Source of the DNA: Sulfurospirillaceae bacterium
GTDB taxonomy: Bacteria; Campylobacterota; Campylobacteria; Campylobacterales; Sulfurospirillaceae
Direction: 5' to 3'
DNA: 64,000 bases
Assembly: GCA_033723415.1 (NCBI GenBank)
Contig: JAWVXD010000002.1
Location: forward strand, 224,001 to 288,000
The position numbers were made by a program, and so were the translations under genes. Shown one piece after another: positions 9,621 to 19,376 of the stretch. Within the stretch, counting starts at the first letter, position 1. Each line of letters opens with the position of its first letter. The notes under the pieces were generated by a model. It was not told where the DNA came from, did no database searches, and was given only the letters and a program-made list of their open reading frames with translations.

Positions 9621-10119
9621 CCTTGTTTTTACTTAAATTATCGAGGGTACTTTTATAATTTTTGAACATCATTTGTGATGGTGTCAATACCATAGTAAAA
9701 TTTCTATCCAAGATATTTATCTTAGCATCGGCTTTTCCAAATTCACCGCTGGCATGTGCAATTACATGAAGAGGATTAAAAATCGTATATTTTATATCCA
9801 AAGTTTTTATATTCAGAGGAACCAAAGAAGAAGCTATCTTAGAAAGTTTTATATTTTTAACATCAATGGAATTATAAAATACAAAAAATTTCATATTTAT
9901 CTTTTCAATATATGCGCTATCAATAGAGTCAAATGATACTATTGCGTGGCTCAGCTCCAAAGACAAACCATCATCAACAACTTCTTCATTGGAAACTATG
10001 ATCTTATATTTTTGCAGTTCTGCCTCTGCATAATGATAAATACTTGATTTTGGTACAAAAAATATCAGGGCCAAAACAAAAAATGCTATATAAAAAAATA
10101 ATTTTAATATTTTTACCAT
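9589..10119 (-). CDS. T2SS GspN-like protein
   Basis: N-terminal TM then beta-rich; position between the M-like and C genes. Confidence 0.55.
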   Translation of the reverse strand: MVKILKLFFYIAFFVLALIFFVPKSSIYHYAEAELQKYKIIVSNEEVVDDGLSLELSHAIVSFDSIDSAYIEKINMKFFVFYNSIDVKNIKLSKIASSLVPLNIKTLDIKYTIFNPLHVIAHASGEFGKADAKINILDRNFTMVLTPSQMMFKNYKSTLDNLSKNKDGGYRYDQSF

Positions 10120-10520
10120 TTTATCTCCATCTTTAAGCTGGCTGTTTCATCATTTATTCTTCTTATTTGCAAGCTGGATATATTGTAAGAGCCGTTTAAT
10201 ATCTTACTCATGAGCAAATCCAATACGTTTTTGTTCATTCCTTTTGATCTTAAGATTATACTGGATATAGTTATTTCTTTTTTGATATTTGATTTGCTTA
10301 ACAATGGTAATCTAAGAACGCTGTCCATAGTCTTTTCAATCATGATCTTATTTGAATATGCTGATTTAAGCCCTTTGAGATCTGTTGCTAATTGAAGTGT
10401 CTCTTTGTACTGTTTGTCTGCTTGAATCAATCCTTTTTTCACGCCACTTAAGTGAAACATCAAAAAACCAAGTAATACAATAAGTAAAATTGCCACATGA
10501 AGTGGATTGAAGCGATTCAT
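10113..10520 (-). CDS. T2SS GspM-like protein
   Basis: Single N-terminal TM plus coiled coil; follows the L-like gene. Confidence 0.6.
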   Translation of the reverse strand: MNRFNPLHVAILLIVLLGFLMFHLSGVKKGLIQADKQYKETLQLATDLKGLKSAYSNKIMIEKTMDSVLRLPLLSKSNIKKEITISSIILRSKGMNKNVLDLLMSKILNGSYNISSLQIRRINDETASLKMEIKW

Positions 10521-11446
10521 AGTTTAATCTCCAAACGCCAAGAGTTATTTTTGAAATTTGATATAAATTCCATACCTTTACTCTTGAAAATTTTTTCTAT
10601 ATTAAGAGCATCCCCTTTACTAACACCGCTAAATTCTACATAAAGCTTTTTGTTTTTTAAACTCAAAAGCTCTAATCTCTGATCCTTTGTTAATTTTAGC
10701 GACAAAATATACGATACATATTCTCTAAACTTTGTTTGGATTGAATATACACCTTTATACTCTTGCAACAGTGAACGATTTTGTATCATCGTCGGCATTA
10801 GAGAGTTTTTGGCAAAAAGATTCTCTCTCATTTCTGTTGTTTCAGATATTTTATGCATAGTAATAAAATACTCTATAGCTAATATCAATATCAGTAAAGA
10901 AAACATACCATAAAGCATATATATACTTCTATCGCTGATAATATGCCCAAAGTGCCTGAGTCTTATGTGATTACTTGAAAGATGAATAGAACTCATATCT
11001 AACTCTGTACTATCTTTTAACCAAGAAGTAGGAACCAATACAAGCAATTCGTCTTGTAGATAAATGCTTTGTGTATCATTTATCTTCATAGCTTTTTCTA
11101 TATGAGCAAGTTCATTTTGAGCAAAGTATACGTTTTTTACTTGAGCCTGAGATATCCCTTTGTTTTTTAGAGTATTTAATATGACTTTATCTTGATAAGC
11201 AAATATTAAAAAATCATCTCCACTTTTATATACTTGATAACTATATCTTCCCGGAGGAAGGGTGTCCTCAAACAAAGATGGTAAAAGTGTTCTGATTTTT
11301 CTGATAGATTTTACAGGAAGAGACACTTTTTTTACCCAATAAAGGGAAGGTGATAAGATTACATTGACTCTCTTTTTTGTTTGAAAGTTTTCAGAATTCG
11401 TATCTAAAAATATTGTATCGTTATGCTCATTAAATTTTAAAAACAC
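10517..11446 (-). CDS. T2SS GspL-like protein
   Basis: Cytoplasmic domain (LPSLFEDTL), central TM, periplasmic tail; context. Confidence 0.65.
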   Translation of the reverse strand: MFLKFNEHNDTIFLDTNSENFQTKKRVNVILSPSLYWVKKVSLPVKSIRKIRTLLPSLFEDTLPPGRYSYQVYKSGDDFLIFAYQDKVILNTLKNKGISQAQVKNVYFAQNELAHIEKAMKINDTQSIYLQDELLVLVPTSWLKDSTELDMSSIHLSSNHIRLRHFGHIISDRSIYMLYGMFSLLILILAIEYFITMHKISETTEMRENLFAKNSLMPTMIQNRSLLQEYKGVYSIQTKFREYVSYILSLKLTKDQRLELLSLKNKKLYVEFSGVSKGDALNIEKIFKSKGMEFISNFKNNSWRLEIKL

Positions 11447-12332
11447 AGTTAGAAACCTTTTTTGATCTTATATTGTACTCAAACCTTATGTTGGCACTAT
11501 TACTTTCTTGAGTTATTTTTACTTTCACATCTAAATATGGCTCAAAAAAGCTTGTTTTAAACCTCTTTAGTAAACTAGCTTCTTCACTATTTAAAGCCAA
11601 ATCCTTCAAGGTTCTATATGTTCCTTCACCCGCAACAAGCGCACTTGCCCTATTTTTATCGCAACCTAAGATAAATTCCCAAACAGGAAGGGTTGCATAA
11701 TTCAAATCAATATAACTGTTTTTTTCTACGCCGATATAAAAAAGCTCTTTCATGTTAATATTTTTAAGATTATCGTCATGATACTTTTTCATATAGATAT
11801 CTCCCAAAGCTTCAAGATGCTCATATGAGGTAATATAATCTCTAAAAAGTTCTGGATTGTCGTTGAAAATATTTGTATTATATGACATATTTTCTTTCAT
11901 CCCTCCTTGAAGATCTAACAGCATATCAGCATATCCTAGATTTACCGTATTTTTAGCTAAAAAGCTTTTGAAAGCATTTATCCGTGCCTCATTTGATAAA
12001 ACATTTGGATTTATCTTACTTCGTGCGCTCTCTATGCTGATTGCTATTTTTATTCCGCTGCTCTCAAATGATATCAGGGAAGATCTTGTTAAGAACAGGG
12101 CTAAACTCCCTGGAGAATTTATCTGCTCCAAATCCTTAGAACTCTTCAATATCTTTAAAATATCATCCAATAATATTGAACTTTGGAACAAAAAGTGTTC
12201 ACTCTTCATATTTGTTGCACTGGTGCTCACATACTTTAATCCTATGCCTATACTGAAGGTTATAAGCATAATAAACAGCACTGTTACCAAAAGTGCTATA
12301 CCATTTTTAGGAATATTTCTTTTAAACATCAT
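11430..12332 (-). CDS. gspK: T2SS pseudopilin GspK
   Basis: KNG|IALLVTVL (no E5, as typical of K), SKINPN and IDLNYAT motifs. Confidence 0.8.
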   Translation of the reverse strand: MMFKRNIPKNGIALLVTVLFIMLITFSIGIGLKYVSTSATNMKSEHFLFQSSILLDDILKILKSSKDLEQINSPGSLALFLTRSSLISFESSGIKIAISIESARSKINPNVLSNEARINAFKSFLAKNTVNLGYADMLLDLQGGMKENMSYNTNIFNDNPELFRDYITSYEHLEALGDIYMKKYHDDNLKNINMKELFYIGVEKNSYIDLNYATLPVWEFILGCDKNRASALVAGEGTYRTLKDLALNSEEASLLKRFKTSFFEPYLDVKVKITQESNSANIRFEYNIRSKKVSNCVFKI

Positions 12333-13543
12333 TTTATACTCATAGAAAAAATTGGTAACAGCATCGCTGCAACTATAAAACCTATACTTCCACCAACAAA
12401 AAGCATAAGTGCCGGTTCAAGTAAAGTTAGTAAAGTAGAGATCTTATCTCGATTCTCTTCAAAATATAACTCAGACATATTTGAAAGTACATTTTCTATC
12501 TCGGATGTCTCTTCACCAAGGGCTATCGCTTGAATATAGGCATAGTCTATTTTAATCTTTGATTCATTCAATGCTTTGGATAATAATTTACCTTCCACAA
12601 CTTTTTTTGAAGCATTGACAAATAGATCTTTTAACACTAAATTGTTCAATATATTGGCTGCTAGATTAATCGTTTGAACAAATGGAACACCTGAGCGAGT
12701 GAGAAGTGAAGCTATGTATGAAAATCTTGCTAACTCGCTTTTTTGCTCAATATCTCCAAAGATTGGAAATTTTAATAAAAACTTATGGATTCTATATGCA
12801 AAATAATAGCTTTTTTTCATCAAGATAGAAAAAGATATAACAAACACTGCAATAACGCCTAATATATTTATAATATTCTTATTAAAAAAATCTCCCAGCG
12901 CAATCACCACGATAGTTGGCATCGGTAATGCTTGATCCATACTTTTAAATATTTCTGTGATCTGAGGAACTACGAATGAGAGCATAAAAGACAACATCAA
13001 AAATGATATAACTATCATAAAAATAGGATATGCAAAGGCAAGTTTTATATCTTGATTTATCCTATCTTGCTCTTTTAAAAAACGGGATAGCTCCATCAGC
13101 ACTTCATCTAATATACCGCCGCTTTCGCTTACCTTAATGGAGTGTTTAAAAAATTCAGGAAGGACTATGACACTTTGACTCTCAAGGGCTGTATAAAAAT
13201 CTTTTCCTTCATCAAGATATGTGCTTACCGTAGTCAAAAATAGTTTGATTTTTTTGTTTTTTTCATAATGAGATTGAATGATCTTAAGAGCAGAGACAAT
13301 GTTTATACCTGAGCGTATATACATAGATAGTTCTCTAGACAGTGAAGATAACTCTTTTGAAGATATTTTATATTTTCTGTTAAATTCCCAGCTGTCAAAT
13401 AGAGATTTTGAATCTTCATTTATACTTTGATATATGATATTTTTTGATTTTAACTTATTTTTGGCCTCACTTAATGATGTAGCTTCTATCTTATCGCTGA
13501 TATTATTGCCATTGCCATCAATACCCTTAAATTTAAAAATCAT
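12329..13543 (-). CDS. gspF: T2SS inner-membrane platform protein GspF
   Basis: AFAYP, VVPQI, GEETS, LLEPALMLFVG, LLPIF motifs. Confidence 0.93.
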   Translation of the reverse strand: MIFKFKGIDGNGNNISDKIEATSLSEAKNKLKSKNIIYQSINEDSKSLFDSWEFNRKYKISSKELSSLSRELSMYIRSGINIVSALKIIQSHYEKNKKIKLFLTTVSTYLDEGKDFYTALESQSVIVLPEFFKHSIKVSESGGILDEVLMELSRFLKEQDRINQDIKLAFAYPIFMIVISFLMLSFMLSFVVPQITEIFKSMDQALPMPTIVVIALGDFFNKNIINILGVIAVFVISFSILMKKSYYFAYRIHKFLLKFPIFGDIEQKSELARFSYIASLLTRSGVPFVQTINLAANILNNLVLKDLFVNASKKVVEGKLLSKALNESKIKIDYAYIQAIALGEETSEIENVLSNMSELYFEENRDKISTLLTLLEPALMLFVGGSIGFIVAAMLLPIFSMSIK

Positions 13544-14073
13544 CTCGTCACTTCTCTCACTAGATCATCTCTAGAAATAACCGCTTCTTTGATAGAGGGA
13601 TATACTAAAGTTTCACCAAAGTAGTTGTAAAAATCATATACGTTTTTTTTGAACGCAACCAAAACCTGATCACCTACGCCGTTTTTATCAACTTTATATG
13701 AAAAACAGACATCTTTTTCAACACCGTCTTTATCGAAATAAACATCTTTTTGAGCCTCAATTACACCATATGCAGCTTCATACCTATATACTTTAACGCT
13801 GTCGTCTAAAAAATCTTTTAGTTCTTTAATACTTTTACCATCTACACGTACATCGCAAATTGAACAATTATCTAAACATAAAAGACGAACACTATTTGTA
13901 TGAGGGAATGAGTTTAAATACTCTTTTAAATGCAAAAGAGTTATTTTGGAACTGCCCTTACTGATCCTTTGGAAACTGCTAACAGCTAAAGTATAGACTA
14001 TTCCTATGATCACTATTACCATCATCAACTCCATTAGATAAAAGGCTCTTCTTTGCAATTTATTTACACTCAC
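13540..14073 (-). CDS. gspH: T2SS minor pseudopilin, GspH-like
   Basis: Prepilin motif RA|FYLMELMMVIVIIG; directly follows gspG. Confidence 0.65.
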   Translation of the reverse strand: MSVNKLQRRAFYLMELMMVIVIIGIVYTLAVSSFQRISKGSSKITLLHLKEYLNSFPHTNSVRLLCLDNCSICDVRVDGKSIKELKDFLDDSVKVYRYEAAYGVIEAQKDVYFDKDGVEKDVCFSYKVDKNGVGDQVLVAFKKNVYDFYNYFGETLVYPSIKEAVISRDDLVREVTR

Positions 14074-14491
14074 TTAGTTTTATGTCACTTGCGTAACCTT
14101 CCCCTCCCTCCTTCTTATCCGCTCCTAGGGAAACTAGTTCTATTATTCCGTTGTTATTTGTATATATAAAGTTATTGCCCCATGAATCTTTTGGCAGTTT
14201 TCCGTCTTTAAAGTATCCGCCTGAGGCGTAATTTGAATATTTTTCTGGGTCTGGATTTGTTATGAGTGCTTCTAGGCCCTCACTTGTAGTAGGATAAACG
14301 CTGTTATTGATTTTAAACATATCTAAGGCGCCGTTGTAGATACTTTTCATCTGAATACAGACTAGATTTCTCTTTGCTTCTTCACCTTTTTCAGTAAGAT
14401 TTGGCATGACTAAGCCTGCCAACAGTCCTAAGATAACTATGACAATCATAAGCTCTATTAGCGTAAACGCTTTTTTAGATTTCGTTTGCAT
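14060..14491 (-). CDS. gspG: T2SS major pseudopilin GspG
   Basis: KA|FTLIELMIVIVILGLLA, YPTTSEGLEAL, PKDSWGNNFIY, SLGAD..EGG. Confidence 0.95.
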   Translation of the reverse strand: MQTKSKKAFTLIELMIVIVILGLLAGLVMPNLTEKGEEAKRNLVCIQMKSIYNGALDMFKINNSVYPTTSEGLEALITNPDPEKYSNYASGGYFKDGKLPKDSWGNNFIYTNNNGIIELVSLGADKKEGGEGYASDIKLSECK

Positions 14492-14539
14492 CTGTTTTGC
14501 CTTTTATATATGGCAATACATTATCAAAGGAGAAATATT

Positions 14540-14674
14540 CTACATATTTACAACCGATATATGTTGTTTTTTGCAGCGAAAAGTCTCCTTGAAAGTATGC
14601 CCACTGCTTTTTTCTTCACAAAAAATGCACGTATAAGAATAATTTTTTCTCTTCTCAGAGTTTTTTATTCTCAT
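14540..14674 (-). CDS. Small Cys/His-rich protein (44 aa), possible zinc finger
   Basis: RBS GAGGAG before ATG 14674; MRIKNSEKRKNYSYTCIFCEEKSSGHTFKETFRCKKQHISVVNM. Confidence 0.5.
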   Translation of the reverse strand: MRIKNSEKRKNYSYTCIFCEEKSSGHTFKETFRCKKQHISVVNM

Positions 14675-14832
14675 CTCAAAGTCTCCTCTTTCGATCTTAT
14701 TTATTCTGCTTATTCCTTCAACTTTAGCATATTTATACATAAAGTTTTCTAAAGCAAGAAGTTTATTTGGATTAGTAGTTTTGATTTTTTAGATTAGAAA
14801 ATTTAATGTATGAGAGAAAAACTGTAAAAAGA

Positions 14833-14917
14833 TGGTGCGGATGAAGAGACTCGAACTCCCATGCCTTGCGGCACCAGATCCTAAGTCTGGCGTGTCTACC
14901 AATTTCACCACATCCGC
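14833..14917 (-). tRNA. tRNA-Leu(TAG)
   Basis: Cloverleaf with long variable arm, anticodon loop CTTAGGA, CCA end. Confidence 0.97.
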
Positions 14918-14933
14918 ACACAACAATAATAAG

Positions 14934-15010
<77 letters not shown>

Positions 15011-15025
15011 ATCTTGATTTTAAGG

Positions 15026-15102
15026 TGGTGCGCTCGACAGGAGTCGAACCTACAACCTACGGATCCGAAGTCCGTTGCTCTATCCAATTGAGCTACGAGC
15101 GC
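15026..15102 (-). tRNA. tRNA-Arg(TCG)
   Basis: Cloverleaf, loop CTTCGGA, CCA end. Confidence 0.97.
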
Positions 15103-15120
15103 AAAACTCGTTAAAAACAA

Positions 15121-15198
15121 TGGGGTGAGTGATGGGAATCGAACCCACGACCCTCAGAACCACAACCTGATGCTCTAACCGACTGAGCTACACCCACC
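15121..15198 (-). tRNA. tRNA-His(GTG)
   Basis: Cloverleaf, loop TTGTGGT, encoded G-1, C73, CCA end. Confidence 0.97.
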
Positions 15199-15215
15199 AA
15201 CTATAAATCAAAAAA

Positions 15216-15293
15216 TGGTCGGGGCGAAAGGATTCGAACCTTCGGCCCCCTGGTCCCAAACCAGGTGCGCTAACCAGACTGCGCTACGCCCCG
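15216..15293 (-). tRNA. tRNA-Pro(TGG)
   Basis: Cloverleaf, loop TTTGGGA, CCA end. Confidence 0.97.
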
Positions 15294-15335
15294 ACAAAAT
15301 AAAATATCACACGAGATTGCTATTTTAAGGGTGAA

Positions 15336-15364
15336 ATTCTACCTCAATTTTAGGTTTTTGTCAA
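15336..15364 (-). promoter_or_regulatory. Sigma70 promoter of the tRNA operon
   Basis: TTGACA-17 nt-TAGAAT about 40 nt upstream of tRNA-Pro. Confidence 0.8.
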
Positions 15365-15372
15365 GAACTTTT

Positions 15373-15951
15373 CTACTTTTTGGACAATATCTCTATCACA
15401 GCCTTTGGCAGCAGTTCATATTCTAGTTCATGTATCGTGTTTTCAAATGTCTCAAAACTCATATCGCTATCTTTCTGAAAGCACTTTTGAGCAATAATTT
15501 CACCTCCGTCCAACTCTTCACTTACATAATGAACACTAATACCGCCAACTTTCATACCAGAATTGTAACTCTCTTCGATCGCACGAGCTCCTTTAAAAAG
15601 AGGCAATAAAGAAGGATGCAAATTTATCGCTTTTATATTCTGTGTAAATTGAGGTGTTAGAAATCTCATAAATCCTGCAAGTATGGTCAATTCCGCGCCG
15701 CTATTTTTTATTGCTTTTACAAGTTCTTTATCAAATGATTCTCTACTATCAAATTTACTGTTTTCTATGATAATAGGTTCTATGCCGTATTTTCTAGATC
15801 TTTCGATGCCTTTTGCCTCAGATTTATTGCAAAGCGTTAAAGCAACCTCAATCTTAAAGCCATCAAATTGTTTATTATGTAATTTATATAGTAAATTTTC
15901 TAAATTGCTGCCATTTCCACTAAATAATATTGCTACTTTTTTTATAAGCAT
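15373..15951 (-). CDS. purN: Phosphoribosylglycinamide formyltransferase
   Basis: FSGNGSNL, LAGFMR, INLHPSLLP, ELDGGEII. Confidence 0.97.
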   Translation of the reverse strand: MLIKKVAILFSGNGSNLENLLYKLHNKQFDGFKIEVALTLCNKSEAKGIERSRKYGIEPIIIENSKFDSRESFDKELVKAIKNSGAELTILAGFMRFLTPQFTQNIKAINLHPSLLPLFKGARAIEESYNSGMKVGGISVHYVSEELDGGEIIAQKCFQKDSDMSFETFENTIHELEYELLPKAVIEILSKK

Positions 15952-17327
15952 TTAACTCCCTCAGATATGTCTAGTGGATTTAGTGAATAATCGTTTTGTT
16001 TTATATTTCTAGCTGATATGGAGTGAGCTAACACTGCTGTAATTGAGGCATCTAATGTGTTATATCCTTGTGCGAGTAAAGATCCTATCAAACCTGACAA
16101 TACATCACCACTACCACCTTTTGAAAGTGCATTTGTACCTAATGTATTGACATAAGTATTCCCTTGATAAGCTATGATTGAGTTAGCACCTTTTAGAACT
16201 AAAGCTATATTTGGAAAACGTTCCATAAATTCTCTTACCCACTTAAATCTATTTTTTTGAATATTATCGACTTCAACATCGGCTATCTCACAAATATTCA
16301 ATAGTGAAGCAAACTCTTTTGGATGTGGAGTTAGTATTACGTTATTTTTTTTGTTTAGTAAATCTTTTATAAAAGGTTTGTAAAATAAATCAGCATCAAT
16401 AACCATGGGCATATCACTTGAATATAATAATTCCTCTATATTTTCATATTCGCCAAGTCCCATTCCTACTACAAGTGACGTTGTATTTTTTGGCAAACTT
16501 GATGATGTCATGATATAAGGAGGTATATTGTTTTTATTGTTAGTAATAACGCTAACTAACCCTGAGCCAAAGTTAAATGCTGAAATAGCTGCCAAAATCG
16601 CGGCTCCTTCTTTATCCCCCATGACTATGCTAGTATGTCCAAAACTACCCTTATTACTATTTTGTATATCTCTAAAAGGCAATTGAAGATCATCTTCTTC
16701 TAATAGAAATATATTTGAACTACTTTCATATATTTCTCGGGAAACTCCAAGATTTGCAACTTTTATTTCACCTATATAATCTTTTGCAAAATCTTCAAAA
16801 AAAATCAGTTTTAATGCACCCATACTAACAGAAATATTTGCTTTGAATATCTCTTTACTTAATATTTCTTCACCTAGACCACTTGGCATATCACAAGATA
16901 TTTTTTTGCCATTTCTTTCATTTATTAGTTTTATTATATTACAAATGTCACTGTCTAGCTCTTTGGTCAAACCTGAACCAAACAAAGCGTCAACATATAT
17001 ATCTGATTCAATAATATCTTCTGTTATAATTCCACCTACAGCAAGATATCTTTTGTGCTGAAGTCTGGCCATTTTTGATTTCATACTATATGGCATATAT
17101 ACATAAACATTATAATCTTTATGCAGCATCCTAGCCGCAGCTAGTCCATCACCGCCGTTATTCCCGGGACCGCACAAAAACAGTATAGTCTGTCCTTTGA
17201 TTGAATTTTCTTTTATCACACTACACAACTCAGATGCTGCGTGTTCCATCAGGATATCTTCACTAAGCAAAAACTGCTCATAGCACTGTTTATCTAAACT
17301 GACTACTTCATCAAATATTTTTTTCAT
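15942..17327 (-). CDS. nnr: Bifunctional NAD(P)H-hydrate epimerase/dehydratase
   Basis: GPGNNGGDG, DALFGSG, TPHPKEF, GGSGDVLSG. Confidence 0.93.
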   Translation of the reverse strand: MKKIFDEVVSLDKQCYEQFLLSEDILMEHAASELCSVIKENSIKGQTILFLCGPGNNGGDGLAAARMLHKDYNVYVYMPYSMKSKMARLQHKRYLAVGGIITEDIIESDIYVDALFGSGLTKELDSDICNIIKLINERNGKKISCDMPSGLGEEILSKEIFKANISVSMGALKLIFFEDFAKDYIGEIKVANLGVSREIYESSSNIFLLEEDDLQLPFRDIQNSNKGSFGHTSIVMGDKEGAAILAAISAFNFGSGLVSVITNNKNNIPPYIMTSSSLPKNTTSLVVGMGLGEYENIEELLYSSDMPMVIDADLFYKPFIKDLLNKKNNVILTPHPKEFASLLNICEIADVEVDNIQKNRFKWVREFMERFPNIALVLKGANSIIAYQGNTYVNTLGTNALSKGGSGDVLSGLIGSLLAQGYNTLDASITAVLAHSISARNIKQNDYSLNPLDISEGVKCL

Positions 17328-17331
17328 TTCT

Positions 17332-18858
17332 CTACCTCTTTCTGTAGCTCAAAGCTTCGAAAATATGGTTTTTTTGAATTATATTATGTTCATCTATATC
17401 AGCAATCGTTCTACTGATCTTCAATATCTTGCCTACGGTCCTTTGATTTAACCCATATTTGGATATAGCAGATTCAAGAATTTGTCTTGCTTCATCCGAT
17501 AAGATACAATATTTCTCTATGTCTTGTTCACTAAGATTTGCATTGAGCTCGTGTTGTCCTCTTTTTTTCTGAAAAGTAAAAGCCCTAAGCACACTTTCAA
17601 ACATCTCTTTTGAACTTTGTGTCTCTTCTTTGGAAAAATCTTCATCAACTAAGATGTATAAGTCTATCCTGTCTAAAATTGGATCAGAAATCCTTGTTTT
17701 ATACCTAGAGACTTCCAGATCAGAACATCTACATTCTCTGATCTTACTCAAAAGATTTCCACAAGGACAAGGATTTTGTGCAGCCGCAAATAAAAATTTT
17801 GTGTCATATTCTATTTTATTGTTTACTCTAGATATCAATACTTTATGGTTTTCTAAAGGTTCTCTCAAACTCTCTAAAATTTGTTTTGAGAAGTGTGGCA
17901 ATTCATCAAAAAATAAAATACCATTATGCGCCAGGGCTGCTTCTCCTGCCATAGCTATTGAACTTCCACCTCCAAAAATACTAGGCTTGGAAGAGCTGTG
18001 ATGTGGAGCCCTATAAGCTCTTTTTGCTGAAAGAGTATCCTCTTCTTGATTTAAAGATCTATATGCATGTGTTTCCAATATCTCTTCAATCGTCAATGGA
18101 GGAAGTATATGTCTAAGTCTTTTTATACTCATACTCTTTCCACATCCAGGACTGCCTTCTAGTAGTATGTTATGCATTCCTGAAGCACTTACAACAAGAG
18201 CTCTTTTTAAATATTTTTGTCCTTTAACATCTTTAAAATCCAAAGGGAAATCAGTATCATAAAAATAATTTTTTGAATCGACTTCAATCTTATTGTCAAA
18301 AAAATCTTTCGTTTCTGATGATTCATATGGAAGTTCGTATTTCTTTTCTTTAAAAAACATTATTGCATCATATAAAGATTCAACCCCATATATTTTTACC
18401 CCTTTTATTTGAGAAGCTTTTTCAACCATCTCTTGTGGTAACAGAACCTTTAAGTTTTGGTATTGCCTTGCAAGCGACAAAAGAAGCGGAAATATTATTG
18501 AAGTCGCTTTTACTTTGCCATCTAAGCCCAATTCTCCAAATATAAAAAAATCTTTGCAAGAGGTATCACTATTTTGAAAAGCTATAAGAAGAGCAATAAC
18601 CAGATCAAAGTGACTTCCTTCTTTTTTGATATCTGAAGGAGATAGGTTTACTGTGATTTTTTGTGCAGGGAATTTAAAATCTATACTCAGAAGAGAGGAT
18701 TTTATCCTATCTTTTGATTCCTGTATACTTTGATTGGCCATGCCTCCTATGGAAAAACCTGGCAAGGCTCTTATGAATGTTGATTCTACAAATATTTTTT
18801 TGGAGATGTTAAAGTCAAGTGTGGCACAAAAGGCTTTTTTTACTTTTTTGTTTGACAC
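17332..18858 (-). CDS. comM: YifB/ComM Mg-chelatase-like AAA+ ATPase
   Basis: KITVNLSP, GELGLDG, GSPGCGKS, AHNGILFFDE, NPCPCG. Probable GTG start at 18858, just after the def stop. Confidence 0.88.
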   Translation of the reverse strand: MSNKKVKKAFCATLDFNISKKIFVESTFIRALPGFSIGGMANQSIQESKDRIKSSLLSIDFKFPAQKITVNLSPSDIKKEGSHFDLVIALLIAFQNSDTSCKDFFIFGELGLDGKVKATSIIFPLLLSLARQYQNLKVLLPQEMVEKASQIKGVKIYGVESLYDAIMFFKEKKYELPYESSETKDFFDNKIEVDSKNYFYDTDFPLDFKDVKGQKYLKRALVVSASGMHNILLEGSPGCGKSMSIKRLRHILPPLTIEEILETHAYRSLNQEEDTLSAKRAYRAPHHSSSKPSIFGGGSSIAMAGEAALAHNGILFFDELPHFSKQILESLREPLENHKVLISRVNNKIEYDTKFLFAAAQNPCPCGNLLSKIRECRCSDLEVSRYKTRISDPILDRIDLYILVDEDFSKEETQSSKEMFESVLRAFTFQKKRGQHELNANLSEQDIEKYCILSDEARQILESAISKYGLNQRTVGKILKISRTIADIDEHNIIQKNHIFEALSYRKR

Positions 18859-18860
18859 TT

Positions 18861-19376
18861 TTAGTTTTCCACTTTTAGTTTCTTTTTCCACTCTTTTTCG
18901 AATTTTTTGCGTTTTAGATAAGAGAGCTTTTCTATAAATAGATGTCCCATAAGATGATCCATCTCATGTTGCATAGCTATTGCTAAAAGTCCATCAAGAT
19001 TTTCAACAACTGTTTCACCGAGCCTATTTAAATACTCAACTGTTACTCTCTCAGCTCTTTTAACGTCTTCATAATAGCCCGGGACACTGAGACATCCTTC
19101 TTGATATGTCTCTTCACCTTCTTTATGTGTAATCTTAGGATTTATAACTTCAAGCAAATTTTCTTTTCTTTGTTCACCGTCTTCATCTACTAGATTTATT
19201 ATAAGAATATTTTTGGGGATACCAATTTGAATTGCCGCAAGACCTATACCGTCCTTTGCCTTCATAGTCTCATACATATCATCCAAAAGATTATGAAGTG
19301 TATCATCAAATTCAGTGACATCTGTCGATACTTGTCTTAGCTTTTTATTAGGATAAACTAATATCTCATGAATCAT
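18861..19376 (-). CDS. def: Peptide deformylase
   Basis: GIGLAAIQ, EGCLS, QHEMDHL. Confidence 0.98.
   Translation of the reverse strand: MIHEILVYPNKKLRQVSTDVTEFDDTLHNLLDDMYETMKAKDGIGLAAIQIGIPKNILIINLVDEDGEQRKENLLEVINPKITHKEGEETYQEGCLSVPGYYEDVKRAERVTVEYLNRLGETVVENLDGLLAIAMQHEMDHLMGHLFIEKLSYLKRKKFEKEWKKKLKVEN

Noticed and set aside
15026..15102. tRNA-Arg(TCG) as an oddity
   Set aside because: Rare in many bacteria but normal for Campylobacterota.
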